From positions 2,418,001 to 2,482,000 of the forward strand of contig OZ374563.1 of the NCBI GenBank assembly GCA_977862235.1: a DNA stretch of 64,000 nt. The letters run 5' to 3'. The position numbers were made by a program, and so were the translations under genes. The notes below the pieces were generated by a model. It did not search any database and was not told the origin of the DNA. It saw only the letters and a list, made by a program, of their open reading frames with translations. Of this stretch, positions 36,048-48,800 are shown one piece after another (position 1 is the stretch's first letter; each line of letters starts with the position of its first letter). The DNA is from Dudresnaya verticillata. Its lineage: Eukaryota.

Positions 36048-36145
36048 TATGGATAGATGAATGGATATTCAAGATTTGGATAGATGAATGGATCTTCAAG
36101 ATTATGGATAGATGAAGGGATATTCAAGACTCTGGATAGATGTAC
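36048..36145 (+). repeat. TGGATAGATG-motif tandem array (element 2), ~27-28 bp unit
   Basis: TGGATAGATGAA(T/G)GGAT(A/C)TTCAAGA three times plus a partial fourth unit. Confidence 0.85.
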
Positions 36146-37200
36146 AGAAGTTTCAAGCCCTGGAATAGATGAGATCAAGGGAGATCTGGAACCGGGGAGA
36201 CCCTGTAACAATCAGAATTGAGCCAACGCTCACCTGTATCGAAAACAACACTACCCCCGGCAGGAGGGAAAGATGGGCAAGCCCTATATTTATATGGCAA
36301 CCCCGTCATGGGGGGATGCTCCAGAGAATTACGGGATTGTGACCCAGAGGCATGGATATACCATCATGTTCGACTTGACCACCACTGTACTAATCGTGAT
36401 GGGAGTCCACACTCGTCTGCCTTAGCAGAATTCTCACAACTTTGTCGCCATTGCGAGGCCGTTGCGGGTTAGTTTCACTGCCATGGAGAAATCGCTTCAC
36501 CATGATGGTGACCTGCGGGCAGCAGATTTTGGTATGCACACCCTGGTTGACGAAAAATAGGGAATTTTAACAACCATCTCCGAAGAAGAGGACGACGTGC
36601 TGCTCCAAGCTGCACGGAGGCGGATTGGGCCGCGAATCAGCGCCATGGATGCGGAATGATCCGCGAATCAGCTATGGCTGAGGAGCCCCGCATCGATTGG
36701 CTCCAAAAAGCGCGCAACTCTACAGTACATTTTCGCTCTACTGTAGAGTCACGTCTATCACTGCTGGCATTAATTGATTTGGCAAAGCGGCAAGGGAAGC
36801 GGATTGACTATCGAATCACAATCGTTTGGAACCACAAGCCACGGGGCGGTGTCCCGGCATCTCCGGCTCTAGCTACCAACTCCCTTGCGGGGCGTGGTAT
36901 GCTGCGCAAGTTCATGGAACCCTCTCCCGGGCTATGAAGGACAGAGGCAAAAAAAGGGGCGACGGCCCTGAGTTACAGGCAGTCACTCGACGGAAGTCGA
37001 TGGGGGCTCCCTCGGGGCTTAGTCGCGGATGCGTGTTAGTGATGCCCACCTATGTCGCTGTTTCTACCATTGGGAATCGGCTAGAGCGGAAGTGACACAA
37101 TTAACAACAAGTCACTTTACTTCAGCGGGTAAGCCGCTCTTGCCAAGTGTGACGAATTAAATTGGGTAACGAGCCATTACTCGAAGACTGACAACTTCGG

Positions 37201-39296
37201 CTAATCCGATAACAGGTCAATAACCTCATCCTCACCCAACGGAGGATTGGGCTGGGGTGGCGAGTGAGACGCGAAGACACGTCGCACCACGCACACGACG
37301 TGACGGCTCCCAACTCCGCGACGCGGACCACGGCCACGCCGACTACCATTTAAATCGCTCAACCCCTAAAGGCCCTCTGGGTTGGTGCCACTTGGATGAA
37401 TAACCCGATAGTCGCCTTCGAGCAGCTAGCGTTGGGCTGACCCCGAGTGTCGTCTCGGGGCGAGATCGTGTTTAGGAACTCTCCAGTGGCCATGAAGCCA
37501 GACATTTGCGTCATATGAGCAGCCGTTGCTATCGTCGATGATGAGGCACCAGCTGTATTGATTGGCTTGGGAGCCGAGTGGGCTATGGCACCTCCATGAC
37601 TAACAGAAGGGGCCACCACTGACTCTTCGCGAGGAATCACCGAGGTGTTACCACCTGGCAGGGCACGGGGGTCCAAACCGTCGACTCTACTCGACTCCTT
37701 CTTATTCCGCGGTGCCCCCGCCTGCCCCAAGACCAAACACGGTTTGATTTCAACATCACTGGGGTATCCCTTCAAAGGCGGAAACCTTGACAGGTAGGCA
37801 CGGAGATTCTCCAAACGCTCCACAGGACCCGGAGTCCTCATCCAATGGACTCATAGTCCACCATAACCTCCTCGACCCAGTCTTCAAGGCTATTAACGGT
37901 GAGATTACATAGCTCTCAATGCACCGCGAGGCGGATAGCCATCCCTCGTTTCTTGAAAACGTCACGAAGGACGTGATTGGATTTACCATGGCCGGTCGCA
38001 GAGGGCGCGTATGGACCTTGATGTTGACCATCGACAGTATTGTCGAACGAAAGGACGTCTCCTGGAGTCTCTGGGCCGTGGTCCTGCCAACTGGCACTGA
38101 CCCATCCCTGGGTTACGCCGGTAATGCGGTTTCCTTCATCCAAGACCAGGGATCTCTCCTCTGTCGGCTCGGGATGAATCAAGAATTCCGGCAACATCGG
38201 ATGCCAGTCTTCTGGATCAAAGTCCACCCAATCCCCTCGATCATACACTGGGGTAAAATGACCGGTACAGTCGATCCGCGATAATTGAATACTCGATAAT
38301 TGTATAATTGCGGTATTTGCATGATAGATCCGACTCCCACCACGGGAGCCTTCAAATGTTAACCAAAAAATCGGCCTCTATTCAAACTCGCTATTTGCAT
38401 GGCTCAATCTCGATCGCAGGTAGTCCAGATTGAGCCAGGCAGGGGGATCAATGAGGGCAATGCCCTGCATGGCGCGCTGCAGTGTTGCAGATTTCTAACT
38501 GAGGACAAACCGCGCGCTTTTCAGGCTGGTTAATCGCCCGCCACATCGCAACCCATTTAAAACGGCGGGCGTCAGGCGGGACAGCTCACAACAGGCCCCT
38601 GCACCCCGGGCCGCACTTAAAGCCGTTGATATCGCGAAGCAAGTCCTAGGCGCGAACCCGGAGCATTGCGGGGCGGGGCGGGGATGCACGCCATGAATCG
38701 TTTGCAGGCCGCTTTGCGACGCCAGAGGGCGGCGCGGCAACCCAAACGACGCTGGATACGTTCTTCTCGCAAGTATGGGTATTCGGCACAGTCTATGAGT
38801 AAACGTCTTTTTGATTGATACGGCAATGTAACTTACAGTACCGATAGTTGAATATGACCGCCTATTGCATAGGTGTCCCGGCAACCGTTAATATGCAATT
38901 ATCGCGGATCTACTGTATTCGCAGGGAGGTGACGCTTCCGCTTGGAGATTCGGCTCCACCTAATACGGTCTATAAAGAATAGAAGTGCCTTCAAGTCCTG
39001 GGAATCTTCGGCGTCCGCCGACAAATTTTTGATACCCATCTCCTTGATGGCAGCGCGAAGGGATTGATTGATGAAGTACAGCATCCAGTGACGAGCCTCA
39101 TAGACGATAGTCCGGGCGACCAAGACGATCCGCTCGTGACGGAAAAGGTCCAGAGTACACTCCCATCCATGGCTCGCGCCATCATGTTCAGACCAAAGTA
39201 AGCCACGATGGTGGGGGTACCCACTAGCATCGAACATAGGACCTCATACGACGCGTGGTCGTCGGGAAATTGAGGGTATTTAGCCCTGTAATACAT
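37201..39296 (-). pseudogene. Antisense accessory ORF, copy 2 (5'-truncated, split by a MITE)
   Basis: YPQFPDD..SMLVGTPTIVAY.GL.MM, RIRWSRI..LPANTGH, DRGDWVDFDPE, GPYAPS, and C-terminus GEDEVIDLLSD* ending at 37201. Confidence 0.85.
38268..38915. mobile_element. Tc1/mariner (pogo-like) MITE, 648 bp
   Basis: TIRs CAGT(C/A)GATCCGCGATAATTG; TA duplication at 38266-38267 and 38916-38917. Removing it restores ANTGH in the antisense ORF. Confidence 0.92.
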
Positions 39297-39870
39297 TAGT
39301 GGTTGCGTTAGCGTCGCTTACCCGCATTTGTTCCACCCTTCCACCAATTGCGAGTTCTGACCGACTATAGTCGATTTGAGCTGGTTCGATTAGTTCCGTT
39401 CAAAGGGACTATCGTCATTTTGAACTCAATATTCGCGGAAGCCATTGGAATCACACAACCCGCTGACATATATATATGTATGGCAACATGTCTGAAAACT
39501 AGCCTTGCCGCATTTATTTGCGGAAATATTCAAACTGATTGTCAGTAACAACACACGGTCTGTATTATTCCCTACGCGTACAAAAGTGGGAATGGCTCTG
39601 TTGGAACTGGAAAGCAAGTTCGGTTGGGCCAAGGTGGGGGCACTGGATTTTTCCGGTTTGAGCGCGTTAATATGACTCGTCTATCGACTCATACCGCCTG
39701 AGGCGTACTCAACCGCCGTTGGCGCGGGTACGTTGGCGACGTACGCTTGTAGGCGCTTTGTGCCGAAATGTCCCCCTGCGTATGTACAGAACATTTCTCG
39801 TGCCGGACCTGTACTGTAGAGCGATTTGTTGGACGCGGAAACACGTTTGACACGCGCTAGCTGCGATCAG

Positions 39871-40546
39871 AGTGGTTCAAGCATGGGCTTGCCGTTTTTC
39901 CGTTCTGAGCGCGTGTTATAAGATAACGTCTACCAACGGAAAAGTGCCCTCAGCGCTCCAGTCGCCCTCGGTACGCGAACACGTCACTGAAGAGTTACCC
40001 ACAGGCGCAGGGCTCCGCAACCCTGCGCAGGAATGGCGCCCTGGGTGCTGTACGCCCGGCGTGCCACCGATTCGGATGGCACATCGAGATCAGCAGAGTG
40101 CAAGGCAAGAACCTGTGAGCATGGCCAGGACCCAAATCGGATCCAGATTAGACATCAGGATCGGGTATCGGGATTCATGCCGATGTAAGGCGTGCACCTG
40201 TATTGCGGGCACACCCGTAGTGCTCGCATAAATCGGGATCAGGACGGGGATCGCACGGACCGCGATGCGCACGCGCCTGTAAGCAGTGCGTGGCCATGTG
40301 TTTTTGTAAGCGCGGTATAGTACGCGCGCGGCAAATCTTTCAGAGGAATGGCTGCATCGCGAGGTATACCTGTGAGACACACTACAGCGCAACACGTGTC
40401 CTTAGTTTCCGCTTGCCCGCCGCGGTGCCGCTGCCTGCACAAAAATAATATTACTTAGGTAGTCCGTCTGAGACGTTGGAGTGAATCCCGGTAAGCCGGC
40501 CTTAGTCCAGACTACCCCTCCCGCGTCACCGCGTATCTTACCGCTG
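39871..40546 (+). mobile_element. Partial LTR (family E), interrupted by Gypsy element 3
   Basis: Collinear with the reverse complement of ~41840-42461 up to the TGTGG at 40547. Confidence 0.7.
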
Positions 40547-41579
40547 TGTGGTGTAACGGCAAGGGGCCTCCAAAAAGGGGCCCATTGACCGGGCCACGCA
40601 ATCCACATTGGCCAACACGCAGAAGACACTTGGCCCAAACCGCTACTGTACGGCCACGCGGACGGCGGTGGACGACGGAGAAAACCACGCGCACAAGACG
40701 TGGATTACACGTGGATGTGTGTCTGGATACGCGAATCTGGATCAATTTGAGATCGGATCAAGGAAAAGGATTTGGCTGCAATGCTCAATCACGGGGCCAA
40801 GCCTGGAAAAGTCAGGAACAAATCTAACTATTATGGCCACTGATTAACTGACAAGTACTCTATTTAATTCGGCAAGGTTCTAACATTTGCCCGAAGTCAG
40901 GATTCGAGGAAGATATTTTGGCCATGGTGCATACCCTCGCTCACTAACTAGAATAGACCTAGCTTAGCTCCAATTTTGGTCTATTGAGAGGCCCCTACAC
41001 TACGGTTTAGCGAAGATGTGTACGAAGCCATCCCGCCAGAGGTTGGGAGTAAAGTTTTGCAACGTTTCCCCAACTTGGTCATTCCACTGGTCTCATCCAG
41101 TGTTTTGGCCACGACTTCGTCCGCGCGCTCCCACTCTACCACGCTTGCTACCGGCGCGCAGGTTCGTTCTACGTTCGACCAGTCTTCTGCGAAGTTCACT
41201 TGGTCTTCCTGGTCCTTTGGGGCTTCGTCTGGGCGCCGCACGCGGTGGTGCGTTTCCAGATACTACACTTGTCTCCCGACCTGGAAGACCAGTTGTGATT
41301 TCGGCAGTATTTCTCCGTTAGAAGACTCGAGTAGCTGGCCGTAGTCGACGACGGCCAGTCTCTTCCTCGCTACTGTGCTGGCCAAACCCCGCAAGTTGCA
41401 GATTGTGCGTTAGTAACTACCTGGTTTCGCAATCTGAATGTCAGTCTACTTCAACCCAGTTCTGTGGCCACGTTCTAGGTCACAGGCCAGAAACCCGTCG
41501 CTTGGGTCGTTCCCAAGTCGGCCGCTTTGCACACTCGCTGTTTCGTGCCCAGCACAGGGAGCTTTGCACACGGCAGTAT

Positions 41580-42461
41580 TTTGGTGCAAACGTCCGGGAC
41601 GAAACGCCGCCGAGCAGTTCACCGCCGAGCAGTTCCGGGCTCGGTGGGTAACGACGCCCGTGGCGGTGAGTAACCTGGCCTAGGGAGGCTTGTGGTAGAG
41701 CGGTTGACATGCCTTGGGCGGACTGTAAACGCCCGAGGCGGAAAGGAAGAACAAAAGAGAACAAAAAGGAAACACGTCAACGACGGTGGTTGATCGTGGA
41801 AGCACGGGAGGTAGACGCTTAGGCCGTAGGCAGCAGTAGCGGAGGGTACGCGCGTGCGGAACGGAGAAGTGTGGACCAAGGCCGGCTTGTCCGGGGTTTA
41901 CTCAACGTTTCAGACGGATTACCTAATATACTACGCGGGCGACGGCGGCGGGCGCGGTACGCGGGACTCAGGACGCGTGTCGCGCCGTTGAGTGTCTGAC
42001 ACGCCCTCGTCGTCATGCAGCCGCGCGCGCGGGAGCTCAGGAGTAGCTTACAGGCGTGCGCGCGAGCAATGGGTGACTTACAGGCGCATGCGTGTAGAAG
42101 TGCGAGTGATCCGGATTCGGATCCAGATCCCTGCCAGCATTGCTGGCGCGCGGCCATTACAGGCGCGTACCTTTCATTACTGTGGATCCCGATGCCGGAT
42201 CCCGATGTCCGATCCGGATCCGATCCGGATCCGGGCCAAGCTTACAGGCGTGTGCCTTACACCTTGTCGATCAGGATGATACATCCGGATCTGCACGTAC
42301 AGTGCGCGTGCGCTTCGCCGCGCGGGGTAACGGCGGCCGTACGCCCGTGGGCCAACCGTCCATGACGTGTTCGCGCGCCAACGGCGGTTGAAGTGCCGTC
42401 GGTAGCCGTTGCCATATAATACGCACAAAGCGAAAAAGGGGCAGCCCCCCCTTGCACCACA
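41580..42461 (-). mobile_element. Solo LTR (family E) in the leader of element 3
   Basis: TSD AGTAT at 41575-41579 and 42462-42466. Termini TTTGGTGCAA...TTGCACCACA. Confidence 0.85.
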
Positions 42462-42947
42462 AGTATCCGGCCCTTGGTATAGGGACTAGTAACTCGGGTT
42501 CGTCCGTTCCCACCCCTTTGTTTTGCACACGGCAGTGTGGTTCCCGGGCAGGCCACTTTGCACACGTCGGTCACGGGGTGTCCACGAATTGCTAGAAGTA
42601 TTCGGCCAATCAGTCTCCGAAGTACTCCTTCACGTCTGCTCCCTCTTCACCGGACGGTGGACAGGCGCAGTCCTTGCAAGACTCAGCCCCGCCTTCCTCT
42701 ACGGTGGGCGCTCCTATAGGCCCATCCCCAGCTCCCGGCCTATATCCACCGTTGTTGGGACCACCCCCACCACCTCCGGTCCTGTTAACGACTGGCCAAG
42801 GTATAGCTCTAACAGTTGGCCGTACAGGGTTAGCTTTTACAGCAGATGCGGTCCGTAATGAGGTACCTCCACGGGCAGCTCCACCGGCGGCCACTGTGCC
42901 ACCGATAACTCCGCTGGTGACGCCTGCTAATCTCCGTCCACCTCCGG

Positions 42948-44826
42948 TTGACAATGATTCCCAGTCAGAATACGACCGTTAGTTGGGCAGAACAGGAGTT
43001 CTACCAGTACAAGCAACGAATGGCCGAGTGGCAACGAGAGATGAAGAACCAGTTTGGTGAGATGGAAGTCAAGATGTCCACCACGGCTCTGATTAGAGAC
43101 CAACACCTGCGCCAGGAGATACACTATGTCATTATTCACGGTGCACTTACGGACATATCCGAACGATATGATGGGCGTCTGGAAAGAGTTGAGACTGCCG
43201 TTTTTTCTTCCGACGGGAAGGGAAAACGCCCTGCTCCTCCTCGCCAGACAAGGTCCGCGTCCGCTCGGATGACACCGGCCAATCAACCAGTCTTGGAACC
43301 ACAGATTGTCGGCCCGGTAGCAGCATTACAGAAGCAACTGGACACGTTTCAAGATGAGAATACTGCCTTTTCCAATCCTGACAAGGCACGGCCAATCATT
43401 TTTGTGGAAGGGGTACCACCGCAAGCGGGCAACACTCAGAACATTGGTGCGGCCCCACGGCCAGTCTTAGTCGGACCTTCTAGGCCAAGTGACGCAGAAG
43501 GATCTTTCACGGGATATGCTGGCCATTTGGATGAAACAGGTCTTCCTTTCGCGGCGATGGGCGAAGTCAACCTAGCCTAAAGCCTCTCAAGACCCTCTAA
43601 GAACCCTTCCGACGGGTTGTGGATTACCGGACCCACCGTCGTCTGGAAACTCGGCCAACGATGACTATGGAGGATGCGCACTGCTTGTCCCGGGTGACTC
43701 GCCAAATCCGGAACTTGTCCCCGCAGATGAACCCAGTTGATGGCCGGCGCCCGATAGAACTCCTGTCTTGCTTGAAAGAGGTCAAGGATGCCTGTGACGG
43801 GACGAATGTCCACGAAGGGTCTGTTTTGCGTTTTCTAGCCTTCTTTACGACCGGGGATGCGAAGAGGTTCTATTCTGACCGTATGTCCGGAGGAATAAGG
43901 TCAATACATCCCATCTTTCCGATGCGTGGGTTTTCAAAAACCAGTTGGCTACAGTTAGTCTATGCTTTCCTCAAGCGCTACTGCACTGAATATGTTCTGG
44001 CCGCTGTGTTGGACAAAGTGGCTAAAAGAAAACAGAAAGATATAGAGACAGAAGCGGAATTCGCTGACCGGTTGGGGGACACGGCGCTGTCGTGCGCCGA
44101 TGTCTTCCCCAACAACACCAAGATCAACCATTATGTGAGGGGTTTACCGTCGACCACTCTTTCGGCTCCAGCTGAGAAACTCATACAGATTCTGCCGGAG
44201 GGGAAGGACTTCTCAACGGTGCGCCGTATAGCCATCGCCGAAGGGGAGACACACAAGGCCTACCTGGCCTCTGCACGTCCCAAAACAAGCTCGGCCAGTT
44301 CTCGAAGTGCTTTGGTCATCCCTACCCTTGCGACCGAGCCTGCTTGGCAGGCGGAGCTCGAAGATATAGCGGCCAACTATGATGAAGCATTGACATCATT
44401 CCGGTTATGACCATTACTCCTGGTCACAATGGTGCTCAGCAAACACCGACAATGACACCGACCACACAGTCACCAGCAGGGTCAGATACCGGGGGTAATA
44501 CCCCAGACCCACTCTTAAAACCTCCGACGTTGATGTCGGATGAACTGGCCAAAGTCGTTATTTTGCTGCGCAGTGATAAGACCGGTGCCCGTTGTTGGGG
44601 TTGTCGCGAATGGGGCCAGGATTGGTACACTTGTGTGTACTTGCCATTGGCCATTAGAAACGTGTTTGCCATACGTAACTTTCGCTTCAGAGATGAGTAC
44701 GCTAGATGGCACTTCGAAGCGTTTGCTGACAGAGGTCGATATCACCGCCCCGATCAAAAGAATAATTCCTTTAAGCATGGAAGGGGGCGCCCTCCCCCTC
44801 AGCTAATACCCCGACGGCCACAATAA
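42948..44826 (+). pseudogene. gag of Gypsy element 3
   Basis: EGSVLRFLAFF..AK.FY..W..LV.AFL.RY..Q...ETE.EFADRL gag motif and a degenerate zinc knuckle; stops and frameshifts. Confidence 0.75.
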
Positions 44827-45517
44827 TCATCTTCAAACCTTGGGAATCGGCAGGCCACGTTGATCAATACGTAAGAGCATCCAATGGATGCACTGGTGGC
44901 CGATATGGAGTCCAATAACACGTCTTCGGCATCGGGAATAGCCGGGCCGAGGTATTCCGTCGTGATCTCGTTGCCCGCGCACGTTCCAAAACCGGCTAGT
45001 CTCGTATCAATTGAGTTGTGCCCTTTTAGCCATTGTGATTTTTCTTCTTTGTTATGCATTACATCGCGTTTGGCAGCGCCTATCCAGGTTTGGTCAACCC
45101 ATGATTTGACCTACCACTGCCCATTTTCCGCCTTGGCGTGATGGCCATACTATATCATCATCATCCACCGCCACACCGAAGGATGGGGTTCTTTCCCAAC
45201 GAGTGGCCGCAAATCATCGAACGAAGAAAAGAAAGAGGATTCCCAACTGGCCAATTTTTCATCACAAGATATGGTCTGCATTATGGTCGGGGCCAACCGT
45301 ACCCTCTCGGGTTCATTTGGCCCCACCATGTCTGCCTTGATGGCCGCACCAGATGTCTCAGACAATTGATACGGATGAAAGATTACCCGGGTGGACAAGG
45401 GGAAAGATCGCGGCGCGCCGCGCCGCGACGTTCCCGGAGCCCTTTACAGTTTCGCAAAGTAGTTTTCTGTGTGCAGATGGTACTGATGTGAACATTTCAC
45501 GGGGGTCTGGAGGTGGC

Positions 45518-45608
45518 AGTTTGTCATTTTGACAGGGTGCCTGGCCACAACTTGCCAGTTTGTCATTTTGACAGGCTGCCTAGACGTATTATTTTGTCAT
45601 TTTGACAT
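45518..45608. repeat. Three copies of palindromic TGTCATTTTGACA near the Helitron 3' end
   Basis: Copies at ~45522, ~45561 and ~45595. Confidence 0.75.
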
Positions 45609-45857
45609 GTTGCCTTAGTGTGCTTGTAACGCATTTAGACAGTTTGTTTTACCTCGGTGTTCCACTATCCTATTTAGACAGGGTGTTTGTGTACCAGGCT
45701 GTCACGGCAGGGCATGTAAGGTGTCAAGACGATTTAATGCAAGAAAAGAAGAAAGAGAACACATCTCGTCGTTCTGTAAGAGGAAGTCCAAGATGCACTA
45801 AGATATGAAAGGAATTATCGACGCCTTTAAGAGGCTGTGATTTTCTAAGTAGTAGAA

Positions 45858-48800
45858 TCATCCATCACATCTGCCGTCAAAAAAGTCAACAGCCTCTGGG
45901 AGAAACGGGTTGCTGACGGCAACAGGCATATTACGGAATGGATGTTCGGGGTCGGATGTACGGCCTTTCTCCTTATGTAGTAGAAGAATATCGCCAGATT
46001 TCTTTGCTCGGGAGAGGGCAACGTATTGCTGCCCTGGAGAGAAAATTTTGGAACGCAGGTCGACGATCATTCTGCTTAAGGTCTGTCCTTGTGCCTTATG
46101 CACCGTAGCGCTGAACGCAAGACGGATAGGGAACTGCCTTCTCGTGACGCGAACTCCGTGAAATTCAAACTGAAAATCTATGCGATGTAACGCGAAGTAT
46201 TCCAGTTCGCTTCCAGATTGACCAATCTTCGCAACGTAAACCATTCTGCGTGTATAGCGCTTGACCACAAACATTGCTCCATTGACAATGTGAGGGTGAA
46301 GAAGGTTTCTGATAACCATTACTGGAACAACGAGCTTAAGTTGTGGATCATGCGGCGGAACCCCTGTCGGCATATACCGGTACGTCATTTCTGCCACAAT
46401 CTTGTTGCCGATATGGTTGGAACTGCTGCCGCTGCGTCGGACGGGAACAATGCCGGTTGTTGACTTGAGTGAGAACATTGTTCCCGGGAATCGTTTCAAG
46501 CATTCCTCATTGTGCTCATCGACGAGCGTGTTGGTGGGACAAACAATCATGCGGTTCGGTTCCACATCCCTCGGATTTCCGGTTCTAGCCCACTTCCAAA
46601 GACCTTCGTACGCTGCTGTCATATCGCCGGTGGATGAAAGAGGAAGCGGACGTGTGGCTGGGAACCTCCCAGTCGCGATATACATCAACATTCTACTGAA
46701 TCTCTGGTCTTCTGCCTGACGGACCTGCTGAGTAATGGGGAGGACATTCACACGGGGCCAAAGGGAGGAAGCCCACAGAAGTTCGTCCAAAAGTGATACG
46801 TTAACGTAGCGTGTAGTCCCCAGTTCATCTTCCTCCAGTCTCCTTGACGGCACTACAGGAAGCAGCTGAAGATAGTCTCCCGCAAACACGATACTCAAGC
46901 CTCCAAATAGCGGCTTGTCTTGGGCAGAATCCGAGCTACTGCTGGTACCCCCACCACTGGTCCTTGAATGTCCCGGTCTCACTCTAAGGTCCTTCAGAAT
47001 TGCGTCAACGTGCTCAAAAAAAACGCGTTGCATCATTGAGGCCTAATCAACAATGAGAAGTGCCATGTTTCGAAGCCTCTCTGCTCTTTGCGAACGTGGC
47101 CCATACTTTGAAAGCTTCGCATGTCGCTCAGAACTGTCTTTGTCATCTACTCCAAGACAAAGTAATCTGTGGAGTGTGCGCCTCCCCTGAGTGCAATGAT
47201 GCTGCAATACCTGTACTCGCAGTAATCTCCACGTGCATTCCCTTGACCTGTGCCATTTCGCATAGTAGAGAAAGAAGATAAGTCTTCTCTGTTACAGCGT
47301 GTCCTTGTAAGAAGAATACTTTTCCCTCTGTCCCTAGTGTGTCTTGCTGACGTCGTTCGATTAAGTTCGTCATGAGCCTGTCAAACACACGCTTCTGTTG
47401 CGAGTTTAAAGTACGGTACTTGTCCTCCAGGAGTGTTCGTGTACTCCTATATGAAGGAGCTCGATTGATCTCGTTCTGTACCCTTTCAGTCTCTGTGGAT
47501 CGTTCCTGAGAACTAAAGAAAGAACGGAATGAGCGGTGATGCCTTAGTAGATGCCCGCCATGACGGTCCGATATCTCAATGAATCTGCGGATAAGCTCGG
47601 CCTTGTTGCTAGCAGTAGAGCCCAGGTTAATATCGGATATCAAATAGTCCATTTGCCTCTCTAACATTCTGTTTGGATGCCCTACCTGCTGGTAAAGCGT
47701 CACTATCATGAAGCGCAGGCTTTCAGGAGTTGAATGCATTCGCACTGCTTCATCGAAGGACCGGTCCTACTCATTTCCATCGGCATAGAGACCCATAGCC
47801 ACTGCTGCATCGCGGAACGATTCGTATCGAGTCCCTTCGAATTCTTTGCCATCTGCGAAGCAGGAGAGAGCCGTTTGCATGACGATCACTCGGAGTGCAA
47901 AAAGCTCGACATTGGCTGGTGAAACGAAGCGGATGCGTGCTACAGTGTCTTCATCGGACCCTCTTCTTACCATGTATTGACTGGGACGCCATTGTCGCGT
48001 GGAATGTCACCACTCCGAGACTTAAGGCTTCGTGGAAGTGTCGTATAGAACTTAACTCTTCCATGTACATCGAGAAAGGTTTTGGACCTGTACTGTGTCG
48101 GACGCTTGAAGTAGCATAGTAACGGTGAGTCTGACACCTGACGAGGAAGATTAGGGTTACGGATGACAATGTTTCGTTCTCCTTGTAAGTGTATCTGATA
48201 TGCAGAAAAAGTAGGCTTCATCTTGTTGTGCCTGAACTCAAGTAGGGACCACGCCGCCTCTACTGCACCCCTCACTCTCGCGCGCATGTGGAGTCCAATT
48301 CATTGTGGATATTGTCCCTCGCGGGGTTTCTCTGTGTCCCGTCCCTGCCCTCTTCTGCTCCGGTTCTTACGCTTACGTCGTGCAACTTGGGTGGCTTAAA
48401 TGTATACTTCATGAGGTATGCGACCGCTCCGCCGCCTTGTGTGGGTTCTACATTGATGTTACAAAGGTACCTTCGTGTTAACTTAGCATTGTAAGGTACA
48501 ACTCGGAGATCTTCCGCTTTCCACCGCCGATACACAACTCGATTGCATGTCTCATCAATTTATGTGGAGGGAGTCGCGACCTTTTGATCGTACCCGAAGC
48601 GGCATCTTCTATCCCGCGTACGGCCCTTACAGTACGGAGAGTGCCGATGCATGTTCAACTTCTTGCCTAAAGCTCGGAGTTCCGGCTCATCTTCCTCAGT
48701 CGGCAATTCTGCACTGATCATGGCGTCAACTTCATCCAAAATCCTCCAGTAGTCCTCCCTCCATGAATACCAACATGTGCATGTGCGGCGTGTTCCTTTC

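Larger units (their letters stand above)
33421..39296 (+). mobile_element. Gypsy chromovirus element 2, internal fragment (RNase H-INT-chromodomain plus antisense ORF)
   Basis: EKECLAVVWA..DHQAL..ADAVSRLP, HPGG, TERFNRTLL, chromodomain DTWEP (~35560-35700). Paralogous to 27250-29468 and frameshifted. Confidence 0.9.

Noticed and set aside
29750..36145. TGGATAGATG arrays as CRISPR-like repeats
   Set aside because: These are short tandem units without unique spacers; the context is a eukaryotic retrotransposon and there are no cas genes.
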